Assembly (NCBI RefSeq): GCF_001194135.2
Contig: NC_069001.1
Coordinates: forward strand, 29,559,830 to 29,623,829
Direction of reading: 5' to 3'
Length of the DNA: 64,000 nt
From: Octopus bimaculoides
Taxonomy: Eukaryota
Shown in pieces: positions 11,961 through 25,652 of this stretch (the first letter of the stretch is position 1; each line of letters opens with the position of its first letter). The position numbers were made by a program, and so were the translations under genes. The notes beneath the pieces are model-generated. The model worked only from the letters and a program-made list of their open reading frames with translations, did no database searches and was not told where the DNA came from.

Positions 11961-13129
11961 CACTAGTAATATTTGGCCCCCTCATTTCCAAATTGGGGGT
12001 ATTTTGCCAAAGTCTAAAAAAAAACTCACTTTTTCGATGTATCTACTATTTTTTTTAACAGCGATAATATATTTAAATTTACATTTTCAAATTCAATATT
12101 TCGCCTTTGGACATTTTGAAAATAATTTCTTTTTCAAATACTTCTTTCTAGTCTACGTAAGCAATAACCGAATAACGCGATCAGTAAACCGGTGTAATTC
12201 AGTCTAACCAACGCAGAGCTTGTGAAATGGATTATGTTGAACACATTTGCAAAGCAATTTCACTTCAGTGTAAATTACCTGCTAATCAAGACAGTGACCG
12301 ACATCCTAAGAACGAAATGCCAGTCGAGTTCATTCCGTTCAGAATGGAATCGAGCCGTATTAGTTTCCTGTCTTAAAGTACAAGTAAATTTTGGGTGTTA
12401 TGATAAGTTCTGCATGTAGCTGACATGGAAGAACGCCAAACTAGATAACTTCCTGCATTTCACTCTGCTTATGTTGATCGGATTGAAATTCTCAACTACC
12501 TGAAATTGGTTAATTATCATTCTTGAGTTGATAAAATAAATATCCGCAAATTACTGCCATTGTAACGCTTGCCTCTGTCTCCCCTGTTTCCAATCTCGTT
12601 CATTATCCACACAAGTAATTTAAGAACTCGTGGTATTTCTTTTCATTAAATTTATTTAGAAATTAGAAGTCAACGGCGTTGCATACTTGACTGAAAGGAA
12701 GTAAATAGAGATCAGAACTACTGAACAAATATACTACGAATATTTTGGGGCGAAGTACTCGCCTTTGATATAATTTAACACATATTCCATATATTCTAAG
12801 TTATGTCGGCTTAAGAATTATTTCTAATTAATATGTATCATATTCATATATACTAATTCGATAGATAGGTGTAATGGTGTCACCAGAACTGCAAGGAATA
12901 TTCAGTTACTACGAGAACATATTACAGAGTAGTTGATTCTAATTTACATCATCACAAATCAGCTCTTTTCTTGTAAAAAGCACTTTCTATTCAAGACTAT
13001 TTATTCTAAAATGTGCTTCGTTCATAAAATACCTCTCGCATTTATGGGTTATGTTCGAAAGGTTAGTCAAATGTATTAACTTGTATTTGTTAGTAATTGT
13101 TGTCTTAAGACACTAGTTTTGTTGTCCTT

Positions 13130-14150
13130 GTCCCCTATATTCGAAGCGGGTAGCACTGTTTTTTAAAAAATTATGAATTTTGAAAATCATAACTCCTCGG
13201 AGTTTAAGTCTTTCGAAGAAGAATTGCTGAGGTCTATCGATACTATGGAATAACAAATTGAAGAATCGTTGCTCTCCTCTGTATTCTAAATTTTGAATTG
13301 AGATGCATTTCAAAAATTTGTATTGTTTCAGGAATTATTTTGAGGATTTGTTAATAAAGACAGTCATTCTAGGATAAATATTGGATCTTAATAACCTCGG
13401 AGTATATGGTTTAACACATACTTTACAGCAAACCGTTCTGTGATCCGAGTAACATTCGGGAGATTTGTGAGCTCTGGTTAAGCTGAAATCACTGCCATTT
13501 TTGCTCTTAGTTATGACAAAGTCAACTATGTGACAATTACCAGATCAGCATAGACACTTAAAAGTGCTTTTATATTATCTGGCTGCTGTAAGATTATGCT
13601 TGTATTTGTTAAACCAGATTGTTGAGCAAAAGACAAGAATCGAAAACCACTTGCATACATCTTTCTCCTTCTATATTTTCCCATTTCCTTTGACCACACC
13701 GCGTGCTTGTTTCTTATTGTGGCATTAAGATCGCTAATCAAAATGACTTTATAATGATACGTAATTTTAGAGGCAGCTGTTTGCAATTTTGGTATAGAAA
13801 ATTCTATTTCCTTGTTTTGATGATGACAAAGTAGGTGCATATGCACTGATAATGTGCATAAAAGAGGAATTAATTATGAGTTTACTCAAGGTCATACGAC
13901 GTTCACCGACTTGATGGATGGATGGATGGATGGCAACTTGCGAAATAAAGTCCACTTAATGGCAAATCCAAGATCTTGAAATCTTGGCTGATATGCCGGT
14001 TTTCCACTCCGAAAATATGTATAACCATTTCAAATTCTAATTCTCCAGAATCCGAAAACCTGGATTGATTTAAAGCGGGAGCATGAATATCATTTGAGCC
14101 GTTTACCTTTGTTATTAAATTTCTTACATTCCAGTACCAAAGATTAACAT
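13130..14150 (-). mobile_element. RTE-clade LINE, decayed APE endonuclease domain plus linker
   Basis: Minus-strand motifs in correct order: YWNVRNL, ALNQSRF, GYTYFRSGK, LGFAIK, GERRMTL, IISAYAPTL, ILISDLNA, VDFVIT, ECYSDHR. Frameshifted; interrupted by an (ATGG)n tract. Adjacent 14150-14520 may be 5'UTR. Confidence 0.85.
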
Positions 14151-14582
14151 TATTTTTTGGTTATTTTTATCTCGAATACAATAAACTGGATGGTTAGGTA
14201 CCTGCAGTTAATGCCAGCCGCATCGAAGATAACACATTCTAAATGTTTTTATTTCCATCCCACCTACGATATCGGAAACAACAGTGTTACATATAAATAG
14301 GACTGCTAGCCACATAGAGGAGGACGGGCGTCCTGCAGCTGCCTTTAGATTGTACAAAGGCACGGCTATCACCTTCTCTGTCTTTCTTGTGCGACAATGT
14401 CAAGAATCATTGAGCAGCACTCATCGCCTGTTTCCACAACCGCAAACTGTCTCCATAGGACTTTCAACTCACCTTAAATATATCTCCGCAGTGAATTTCT
14501 GTTAAGTGGGTTTGGCTTTTATCACCGGTTACACTCTGGTTCCAAAACCTAGATTCCAGTACATATTAATGTCATGTGATTC

Positions 14583-14795
14583 AGGAGGTGAACTGGCAGA
14601 AGCGTTAGCACGCGGGGCTAAATGCTTAGCGGAATTTCGTCGGTCTTCACGTTCTGAATTCAAATTCCTCCTAGGATGACTTTGCCTTTTATCCTTTCGG
14701 GGTCGCTGAAACGTTTACCAGCTGAGTAGTGGGGTCGATGCAATTGACCTTCCTCCCGAAACTGCTGGCCTTCTGCCACAGTGTGAATTCAATAT
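14583..14795 (+). mobile_element. SINE family A, full length (tail type 2)
   Basis: Head AGGAGGTGAACTGGCAGAAGCGTTAGCACG, box B GTTCTGAATTCAAATTCC, central TGGGGTCGATG, tail GAAACTGCTGGCCTT. Confidence 0.85.
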
Positions 14796-14904
14796 TAATG
14801 TCCCGCGAGGAAAAGGCACTCTGGAAGCATGGCCGGTTCCTCGGGTGTGCCTAACATGGATTTTGCTCAAGTTTCAATTACAAATGTTTCACCCACCAGA
14901 CCTA

Positions 14905-15050
14905 ATAATGATAGTAATACCACCACTACTACTACTACTACTACTACTCATAATACTAATAATAACAACAACAACAACAATAATGATGGTGATGAAGATG
15001 AGGACAATGATAATGATCATGATGATGATGCTGATGCTGATAACAATAAA
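14905..15050. repeat. Compound trinucleotide microsatellite (ACT/AAT/AAC/GAT)
   Basis: Direct inspection. Confidence 0.9.
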
Positions 15051-15615
15051 TGAAGTAGCAATCAGATTTTACGATTATTTTTTGAACTAATAATTGAATT
15101 AACCATAATAACCTTGAATCTTTAGATTATTTACATTAACATTTCTCGCTACTTCATGTTATTGAAAATTCACTGAATAACAAAAGGCCATTACAAAACA
15201 TGGTTTTGTGAATATGTAATAAGGTTATATGGTAGACGACTATTGAAATGCTAATATTAATTTATGCTACTAAACGAAAATTTACAATGGTACAAATTGC
15301 AGATAAAAATACAAATATGAAATTTAGTTGTAACTTAGAAACAGTGCATTGCTAATTTTAGTAAAAATTACCGAAAAGGAAATTCAGAAGAAACCGTCAT
15401 TATAAAATGAATTAGCAGTATATTCCCTCACAGACTTAAAATTTAAAATTCAATTGCTTTGATTCAATAAACATTTAATTTACGTTGTGTTGTATTAAAA
15501 AAAAAAAGACATCGATTTAACATTTTATTAAGAGCGAATAACGTATGTAAATGTGGAAATATTTAGTTCGAGTTTCTGGTTAAAATTCATGAATATGTAT
15601 GAAGTGAAGGCTAAA

Positions 15616-15830
15616 AGGCGGCGAGCTGGGAGAATGGTTAGCGTATCTAGCAAAGTGCTCAGCGGCTTTTCATCCTCCTGCATGTTCAACTTCAAATTCC
15701 GCCAGGGTCGACTTTACCTTTCATGCAACCGTGATTTACAAATTAAGTACCAGTTGAACTCTGGCTTCGATGTAAGCGACTTACTGCTCACGGAAATTGA
15801 TGTCCGTGAAACTAAATTTTAAACCAACAT
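15616..15830 (+). mobile_element. SINE family A copy
   Basis: AGGCGGCGAGCTGGGAGAATGGTTAGC...TTCAAATTCCGCCAGGGTCGACTTT...AATTAAGTACCAGTTG. Confidence 0.8.
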
Positions 15831-18800
15831 ATATGAGGACAAGTATTTCACTGCCTGACTCTTGTTTGATTGCGCTATGTGTACAGCTGGTTAAATGTTT
15901 TCTACCCTATTTTCCGTATCCAAATACGCATTTAGAATTGCAACTTTGCATCGCATATATGTATATACCTTTCTTAATTTATTATACTTTAATCGTTAAT
16001 GTCAAACTGAAAATCTATGAAACAAATATGATAGAAGTGTATGGCCAGACATAATATTAGAATTATAAACCAAATAATCTGAAGCTTAGTTATTCATTTA
16101 ACAAAGTTGTTAGGAAGTAGGGAACATATACTGGGATGGGATTTGAAGTTACATTTACAAACAACATGCTCACGTTACGTATTGTAACTATACTCAAAAT
16201 TCGACATTAGGCATACACGTTGAGAGAAGACAGACGCTGAGAATCCTGAACAGGACAATGAAAGTAAGAAGGAAACAATCAAAATAATGAGAAACTGATG
16301 TGCATGAAAGAATCATAAAATGAGTGTTGAATAACAATCATATTAACATTATTACAAATGGTGTGCGATGCAAAAAAGTATACACGATTATCAGGAGGCG
16401 TTGCAGACAAAATAGAGCGAGCCATGGATTATATGTGCGTTTATGATAATGTAAACGGTGAATGAAAATATGTGATTTAAGAGAAAAACATATATAAAGA
16501 CACAAGAGGAAATAGTGAAAATCAATATTAGAAAATAATATAGGAAAAAAAAAGGTAGAGTAAGACAGAAAATGTATACACTAAACAATGCAGCAACACA
16601 ATGGGATAGAATAGATTGTTAAAGAAATAATGAACATAAAAAGAAATAATCGAAACGCTAAATATAGAGAGAATTTGTCGATAATTATATAGCGAAAAAT
16701 ACACATCAAACCTTGGAAGGAATTTGTAAAGTACAATAATGATTCACACGCAAAACGCCGAAAACGTAATAATAATAATAATAATAATAAATAATAATAA
16801 TAATTGAATGTGAAATGCGCGTGGAAACGTGTGTGCACGCGCGCGTGTGTGTCTGTGAGTGTGTGAATTAACCGATCAGATAAGAGTGTGATATTGATCA
16901 GTTATTTTTCATCGATTATGAAAATAACTGTTGTGACAGTAGAGTTTCATGCTGGAATGATCTCGAGACAGCGCTGTTTGCTGTCTGAAGAATTCATCTA
17001 GCGTGAAATTCTGACTGACAACTGTTGTATATTCAAATTGCTGAACGTTTATCTACTTGCCGACTAACAATACATGTGGCATTCTTCTATTAATTCTTTC
17101 AAACAATAACAATAGATAGAGTATATTTCGTTCAGTGTTAAAGTGTCTGCACTTTAGACAGAAGAAGTTCAGACGTCAAAATCATTGCAAACACGCAATC
17201 ATTCTCTTTATCGAACTGAGCTTGTGTGATTTAATACGATACTTGGCATAATAAATATAAAAAATAACGGCTATTATTTCACTATGAGGTCAGTGCATCG
17301 AAATGCTCTAGAAAAAAAATATTTCCAATTAACATTAAATAGCAAAAAGGAATATAAACTTTGCAGGAATGCACGTTTCTCTTTAAACCTAGATATTGTT
17401 AAAGCGGGCCGACATATTATCCAATACACTCTCACTCACACGTCGATCCCCTTTTGCTTCTAGGAGTGAGTTGTATGTTCTGACTTCGTATTTAAAGAGT
17501 ACCTATGTGATTTAAAGGATATTTGTCTGCTGTCGCTACCACGTCACGCAAATAGATAGACGTTTATATCTATAGGTCCAATGGTGACACCGAAAGAACA
17601 AGGGTGAATAAAAGAAGAAGAAGTCTCGTAATTTCATGTTGGAACTAAATGTTTATGGCATGTATTTGCACTTATAAATATATAGATCTAATTAAACATT
17701 TTGTTACAGAGATACATTGGTGCCATAAATAAACACGAAAAATGTTTCCTCATAAAAAGTATGATCCGCTCTGATGGTCAGACAAAGAGAGAACGGTTTG
17801 AGAAGAAATCAGAAACTCCAAAATCTGCATTGCAGTGTTAGGTGATGATTTCTTCAGAAGCCTAAATCCCCATAAATAATTCACTCACACATATACATCT
17901 CGTCATGCACATGTCCATAAATACACACACAGAAAGTGCGTGGGTGTTTGTGGGAGACACACACACACACAGAAAATATGCTGAGACAAGGGACTATATG
18001 TACTAATGTTCCAATATCTGTACAGATAGATGTGGGTGTACGCGCCTGTGTATATGCGCGCGTGTGAATGCGCTCGCATGTCTGTGTATATACTTTCGTA
18101 GACAAACTCACATATACATACCCACACACATACATACATACATATATATATGTATACATATACACACACATATAGACATATATATTTATAGACACACATA
18201 CACACACACAACCGTGTTACCAGTTCGAATTTGCTTGTGGCTTATTGGAATCTTTAGGGACGTCACTCACTGCATTTGGTAACGGGGAAAATTCCTTGTA
18301 ATCTGAAACGTGTAAATACACTGAGTCTTTTCGCAGCGCTCCTTAAGTACAGTATTGTACACATGGGTTTCAAAGTGTTTACCTTATCTATTCAGCAACA
18401 GAGACCTGAAAGGCAGACAATGCGAACGGACACATGAGATAGTTTCCGCTCATTTATATTCCCGGTTGCGCTCTCTCTCTGTCCCTCTCTGTCACTCTCT
18501 TTTTCTCTCTGCATACATACATACATATATACATATAAATATATAGGTATATCACTGCAATGCATCACTGCATCATTCCTGCACCAATCCTTTGATTGCA
18601 CTGCATAGCATCACTCCTTAGAAGATAACAACGGATATAGTCCTACATCTATTTGTTAATATAACGTGTGATTGTCGTCTGAAAAACAAATTATGTTTTA
18701 ATGCATGTTTAATATCTGTTTTATGACACAGAATTCCTCATTTCATTTCTAGATATCGATTATGTTTTTATAATATGATAATTGCTTTTGTTAAATTTAT

Positions 18801-19497
18801 ATTTACTCTGTAGCTATTTGTATGTGTGGAATTTATCTATCACGAAGACAGAAAATGTTGTTTTCCGATAATATCTCTGTTTGAAAAATTACAGAAGAAT
18901 CAATTGTAATTTGGAAGTAATATTTGTTATTTCATATAAGTTACTCTGCAAAGAATATATGTCCACATATATCTTTTGTGAATATTGTTAAAGTTTGTAC
19001 TGTAAGTAATAAATTGTAAATTATTTTGATATTTTCCTTCAAATTAATGTAAAACAACATGAAATCTACCCGAAAGTAATAGGGCCTCTTTAAAGAGATA
19101 TGGATATATTTTCAAGATATTTAGAAATATTTTCTGATTTTAGTTGTCATGATTCGTGAAAATAAATTATGATTCTTATAGACACGAAAGATCGACGAAT
19201 GTGTGCTTCAGTAAATTTAACCTGGATACTGGAGTGCAACTTAAACGTAACATGCAGTATAATGAGTACGATTTTGCATTAACTAGAAATGAGAGATATA
19301 TATATATTTACGATCCAGATTAAGGGTGTAATTGAAAATATAAAAGAGTAAATTGAATTCGACTCATCAATGGATGGTTGTTACATATGAGAAACGCTAT
19401 TACACTTCATTTTTGCGAAGAATAATTTAACGAGTTGTACACCAAACGGGACCCAAAATTCGAATGGGGGGATATTATGATCTCTCTNNNNNNNNNN

Positions 19498-19600
19498 AAA
19501 TTCTTTGTCTGTCTGTTCGCTGTGCAACCTTTCTTAAACGGCTCGACCGAATCATCTCAAATTTATCAAGGAAATAGTATTACTCCCCGCAAGTGTCATG
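19498..19600 (+). mobile_element. Possible Helentron/DINE-1-like non-autonomous fragment
   Basis: (TGTC)n followed by GGCTCGACCGAATCATCTCAAATTT, reminiscent of DINE-type cores. It abuts a gap. Confidence 0.25.
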
Positions 19601-20094
19601 TAAGTTGACTTTTTTCATTTTGATTGAAACAATAAAACATTTTAAAGAAATTATCTTTCTATAGTCAACTATAGTACAAGACATTTTATCATTTTTTACC
19701 ACGATGACGAAGACCACGTCACATTTTGTATATATGTATTTATGTTTCTTTGAGTATATGCATGCGAGTGTATGTGTGTATATGTGTCTGTCAGTGTGTG
19801 TGCGTGTGTGTGTGCTTCCGCGTTAGATACGTTACTAAACATACACACTCACATTTACACAAAAATATACATATGCGACGACGGACGTGGGTGAATGTAT
19901 GTCTCCTGTCTGTGTTTGTGCGACTGTATGTAAAAATAGACATCTACCATCCAGTTACCAACTAATAATTATTGCAGCATTTGCAAGGCTGCAAGGTATT
20001 TACAATTACGTATTTACTCTTACAATAACATTTCATGCATTTGCTTAATGTGTGTGTGTGTGTATGTGTGTGTGTGGGGGGGGGTTAGATTTTT

Positions 20095-20250
20095 CCAGTT
20101 TCCTTATATGAAATCCACCCACACGTCTCTTTGAGAGATGATGATATGAGGGCTCTACAACCAGACACTTCCCCCAAATGCCTGCGAGTGGGACTGAAGT
20201 CGAAACTGGATTCTTCAAAAGCAACTTTCTTAACCAAACAGCCATCATTG
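20095..20250 (-). mobile_element. SINE family B, degenerate 5' half
   Basis: Plus strand AGACACTTCCCCCAAATGCC..GAGTGGGACTGAA...CTTAACCAAACAGCCA is the reverse complement of the family B head and core. Confidence 0.55.
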
Positions 20251-20673
20251 AATACACGATATGCTATTTTCTCACATACTGATATTGCTATTGTACGATG
20301 TCCCTAGTGCATAAATAGTTTTAAATTACGTAGTTTGTAACTAAACGTTCTGGAAAAGAAACAAAAGTATATATATATAATATCCGTGGAATCAATTATA
20401 CTATATTGTGATTTCACCACACATGCATGATAGGATTCTTAAATCTTGTATTATTCACGGTGTGGTTATGTATAAAAAGTTTTCTCCGCTTATAAGATGG
20501 ATTCGATTTGCTTTTACGATCACTATGTCTAGACAGGAGTTTCCTTCAAACTTCTTTTTACAGAAATGTCAGGAGACGGGTGAATACATTTCATGTCGCA
20601 TGAAATATTTTCAATTCCATTTTAGATTTCATTCACAGACTTGAGCAGTCAGCCGGAAATTGATTCCAGGTTG

Positions 20674-20677
<4 letters not shown>

Positions 20678-20712
<35 letters not shown>

Positions 20713-20865
20713 GTGTGTGTGTTTATGTATATACATACTCACACACATATATATATATATATATACACACATATAAATTAAACACATACATGAACGCATA
20801 TATGTATATGCATACATGTGTACATACATTTGAATATGCGTATATACATTTATATATACATGTGA

Positions 20866-20896
<31 letters not shown>

Positions 20897-21019
20897 CAGA
20901 TGTGTATACATATATATATATATACATATATATAAACACCTACATGAACGTATATATATATGTATATGTGTACATATATTTGAATATAAGTATATATATT
21001 TATATATGCATTTGAATAT

Positions 21020-21059
<40 letters not shown>

Positions 21060-21108
21060 NNNNNNNNNNNNNNNNNNNNNNNNNNNNNNNNNNNNNNNNN
21101 NNNNNNNN

Positions 21109-21162
<54 letters not shown>

Positions 21163-21210
21163 TATGTATACACACACATATATGTATACATATATGTATA
21201 CATGTATGTA
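20678..21210. repeat. Long (AT)n/(AC)n low-complexity tract with an internal gap
   Basis: Direct inspection. Representative of many similar tracts (e.g. 8096-8880, 28440-28860, 30200-30650, 53026-53112). Confidence 0.95.
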
Positions 21211-21613
21211 CATCTGTATGTAAGCATTTTCGTATCTATATAATGCTAAATAAATCGCAACACTGCCTTTAAAGTGTCTTGCACAAATACTTTAGAAAGA
21301 GAAAGACGACATCCGTTTGTAAATGTGTTTTGGTTCATATTGTATTGGTAGACTTTACTTTGTAATATCAATAGAAATGTAAAATTAATTGCACCCTGTA
21401 ATAAATCACCATTCCTTTTGAACGAATGTTTTGTTACTGTGATTAGCTTCGTATGTATATATATATATATATATATATGTGCATATGCATATATAAATAC
21501 ACAACGGGAGAAGGTGTTTGTAAGAGAAATTGTTTGGCACATATATGTGTGTACGGTTTGTACCTACATGTGTGTACGTTGTACATACATGAATACAGAG
21601 ATAGATAGCTAAA

Positions 21614-21694
<81 letters not shown>

Positions 21695-21704
21695 NNNNNN
21701 NNNN

Positions 21705-21746
<42 letters not shown>

Positions 21747-22092
21747 AGGGAGAGAGAAGACAACAGTAAGTTTGGGTGAAACACCGAATTGCTTACGTAC
21801 ATGAAATGATAAAAATACTTCGACTTTTCCTGCAATTTTGCGAGAGGTATGTCTCTACATTGCGTCATCTTGGGTTTTTTAAAACATAAAATAGTCTGAC
21901 CTATAATGAATAATGTTTGTGACAAATATGCTATCTAATTTCTTAAAATTCTAATGAATATATATATTGGGTCAAAATTAAGATAAACAAATTTCTATAC
22001 TATTTCGTTCTGACTATTTATATTTTATATGGTACATATACAGTACAAGTATTCTATCATGCGCTTGTCTTCCCTTGGGAAGGAGCATTTGG

Positions 22093-22167
22093 ATATATCT
22101 GGAAAGAATCTCTGTGAATATATCTGGAAAGAATCTCTGTGAATATATCTAGAAAGAATCTCTGTGA
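22093..22167. repeat. Minisatellite: 3 x 25 bp (ATATATCTGGAAAGAATCTCTGTGA)
   Basis: Units start at 22093, 22118 and 22143; one substitution in unit 3. Confidence 0.95.
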
Positions 22168-22534
22168 AACACGTAACTATCATTATGGCGTTTACGGCTC
22201 TTGAAATATTAGCTACAACATATACGACGAGACCTAATGATCAAGAGTTGCACAATTATTTTAGAACCATTCGTATTTGGAGATAACTCGAAGGACATCG
22301 TTTCTTGGTATGCGAAGAACTGTCGTAACTTTCACATCCAATCTCACACAACGGTAAATACATGAGGCAAATCCTGGACATTTACGATTCGCTTTGAACT
22401 GATTTAATAGCAGCAAGAAGAACAAGCGAAAGAAATTTAATAAAAGAGGAAAAGAAAATAGATTTAACTGGAAAGACGAAGAAAGAAGAGGAGGAGAAAA
22501 TAACGTAGTAGAGGGAACGGAAGTTGGATAATTT

Positions 22535-22558
22535 GTAATAGTAGTAGTAGTAGTAGTA

Positions 22559-22594
<36 letters not shown>

Positions 22595-22755
22595 GAGACG
22601 ATAATGGAAATGTTACTGCTGTTGATGATGATGATGGTGGTGAAGACTACCACGGCAATGACAAGAAAGACGACGACGAAAATGATGTTGTTTACGACGA
22701 TGACGACAACGAGGAAAATTGTCATGGTGATGATAATGATGATTGTAAGAACGAT
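22535..22755. repeat. Compound trinucleotide microsatellite (GTA/GAT/GAC)
   Basis: Direct inspection. Confidence 0.9.
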
Positions 22756-23848
22756 GAATATTACGGAATAAATAGAGTAGATGAATCTCCATAAATTAAC
22801 ATAGGTTCAGTTATTTTTCACTCTCTTAGATATATCATGCACACTATTGACTATTGTGATCTGTCACTCATTTCTTTCGTTGCCATACTTCTTCTAATTG
22901 GTCAGTCGATTACGAATGTGAAAATCATATTGCCATATTCATTTCATGCGCTGTCAGGTTACAAAACAGAACAACAACGGACGTTTACTGGGTGCAACTT
23001 ATCACAAATCAGGAATTGTTTTATCTTTTTGCAAATATACACATACAGAAGGAAAGATAGACAAGCAATGAAACAGAATTACTCAAAGATCAACAGAGAG
23101 AAGCAGTTCTAGAATTACACGCACACACACACATATGCATGCGCGTGCTCACACACACGCACACACATATTGTATTTGAAGATGGTCATATTTTGGAGGC
23201 AAACAGAATACGACGATCCCTATGTACAATAATATCTGTTTCAGCAGACGAATTCACATAAGGATGCTTGCAACGTGAAGTAGGCAAAAGATGGTAACAG
23301 CTATTCAGTACCTTTATTGGAAGGTGCTGAAAAAAATAAATGGCAACATCGATGTCAGGTGTAACTCTTTACACCTGACAAATATACGCTGTATTACCTC
23401 GAGAGCAATATAATTCTGTACTTAAAACACCCCATCAGTCCATGTCGTGTAATATATGCATATACGTACAAACATACACACACATATATACACACACACA
23501 TGCACGCATCAAAAGTGTGTTATACTATTCCACAGCTATACGATCAATCCAATAATACTAATCCACATAAAGAACAGCCATACCAACTACGCAACATATC
23601 TCCATCATCAGCTGCCCCGCGGATATCATTATGGTTTTGACACCTTGGCAGTATCATTCAATACGGCGGTTTCAACAGCACTAAAATAAGTGTAATCTGG
23701 GAACAAACAAACGAATCTAAGCAACCACAGCTTTCAAACACATTTACCCATTGTACAACCTAATCGATGAATATATTCCGTAAGTAAATTACAACCCCTC
23801 CGAAATACGTAACTAAACAGAGACAACTCTATTAAGTCATAAAACAGC

Positions 23849-23919
23849 GGGCATATGGCGTTGTGATTAACAGTGCGTGCTACTAACCCCAAGATTCCGA
23901 GTTCGATTCAAGGCAATGA

Positions 23920-23955
<36 letters not shown>

Positions 23956-24137
23956 CATCGAAAAGTATCTCCGGAATGAGAACCCAGGTATGAAATTTCC
24001 CCAAGGCATCTGATGAAAGTTGGAGGGTATATCAACCGAAACGTTGTATTAACAATAAACAAGATGCGGACAAATATTCATCTAATGTAAATTATGGAAA
24101 TAATGTACATAATTTTCCATCTCTTAAATATAGAACT
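23849..24137 (+). mobile_element. Family D element, copy 2
   Basis: Head GGGCATATGGCG..., box B GAGTTCGATTC, (AAT)n, hammerhead region and tail ending CTCTTAAATATAGAACT. Confidence 0.9.
24005..24050 (+). ncRNA. Minimal type I hammerhead motif (copy 2)
   Basis: GGCAU-CUGAUGA-A-AGUUG[GAGGGUAUAU]CAACC-GAA-ACGU-U-GUAUU. Core and ACGU palindrome intact; stems partly decayed. Confidence 0.55.
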
Positions 24138-25384
24138 GTAATATTAACAATTGTTAAAATATTGTCTATAGTAGAAGTATTATCAATCAATTCCGCATAG
24201 TTTTTAAGAACCAAATGATTTATGGATCTCCAGGTGTCGTAGGGGACCCATTTGAGAACTGTTGTTCCAAGATGTCGAGAGTAGGTGTATGGGGGTGACT
24301 GTGTTCACAGCTATAGTGTAAGTGAAATTTTGTTATTAGCCACAAAGTCATAATTACTAGCGAGTAAACCACAGGCTTTAACGTTTTATAACATATCAGT
24401 CATTCTCTGTAGTATAGTGTAGTGAACTAATGAAAGAAATATAAGCGTTTGTAATAAAACGATTTCAAAATTTATGAGCTGTTAACCTTAAAGTATGTGA
24501 ACGTTCGTATCGTAAATATAGCATGTTGAATCTCACGAGGGTGATAGAAATCACTAACTTCATGCGAGATTGTTTTACGAAACGTCATTTCCTAACGCCT
24601 CAGATTTTATTCGGCTCATTCGTTTTTCATTGTATTTCATCAGTTCTTCTAGCAATAAGCAGTTATATGTACTGCAGTAGGTACGACTACAGTGAAGCTT
24701 TGAAATTTACGACGCATGCTATAACTATGGCTAAGAAATTCTATTAATTAAAAAACATAGCCACTCTTCAGCTGCTCTCGTATATTTTAGAATGGCATAA
24801 TCATATATCATTAAATGTATTAGAGTGCTAACGTAGTAGTAAGTCTAGCACTTCTCTTCAACTAATTTGATTTTAATGTATTTTGTTTCCCTCTCTGCAC
24901 TAGTAATTTATTGGTATATGAATTTAACTTCAAACAATGAGATGGAATTTATTTTTACAATCTGCCCGTAAAAAGTTATTTTCATCTCTTTAAACAGAAA
25001 TGTTACTTAATTGCGGCTTTATTTTGCAAGTAGTCATTAGGTTTCATAGAATGCAATTATTACTATAAGTACGATCACTTGACACGTTTAATTGTATCTT
25101 TTCTCTTTATATTGATTTTCATTATTATTTTATTTCTTTATTCTAATTTTGCAAGCTTTTGAAAAATATATCGGTATAAATTTCAAAAGAGATAACATTT
25201 TTTAGTAAAATATCTGTTCCAAAAATATACTAATCACTTTTGCAACATATATATGTATATTAGCACGTAATATTTTGGGTTGAAATTTGGACGTAAAGTT
25301 AGCAATTTTCGGAAAGCGATAAGACGATTACATATACTTCGTTGTCTAACTGATATTCGTTTTATGGATCCAATAGGATTTACG

Positions 25385-25652
25385 GTAACTTCGACAGCAT
25401 TTGAACTGAGAACGACTAAATGCCGTAAAACATTTTGTCTGGCATGCTAATAATTCCGCCAGCTCGCCACCTCGTTTGCCCATAATATATTACGAATTTA
25501 TTGTCGATTCATTTCTTTTTGTAGTACGGATTCCTAATTCCAAATATTTCTCAATTTTGTTTTGTTTTTTTCTACTCTAGGCACAAAGCCCGAATTTTTT
25601 AGGGAGGGGACCCGTCGATTAGATTGACCCCAGTACGTAATTGGTACTTAAT
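25385..25652 (-). mobile_element. Two SINE family A fragments (head 25385-25472; tail 25569-25652)
   Basis: CCGCCAGCTCGCCACC head; TCTACTCTAGGCACAAAGCCCGAATTT and CGTCGATTAGATTGACCCCAGTAC tail. Confidence 0.75.

Noticed and set aside
14467-14500. Perfect minus-strand donor AAG|GTGAGT with a 26-nt candidate exon
   Set aside because: The upstream acceptor lacks a polypyrimidine tract, there are no partner exons, and it probably lies in the RTE 5' region.
22093-22167. 25-bp repeats as a CRISPR-like array
   Set aside because: The units are contiguous with no spacers, and the context is eukaryotic.
22261-22725. 154-aa minus-strand ORF
   Set aside because: Mostly compound trinucleotide repeats; the unique C-terminal part has no recognisable motif.
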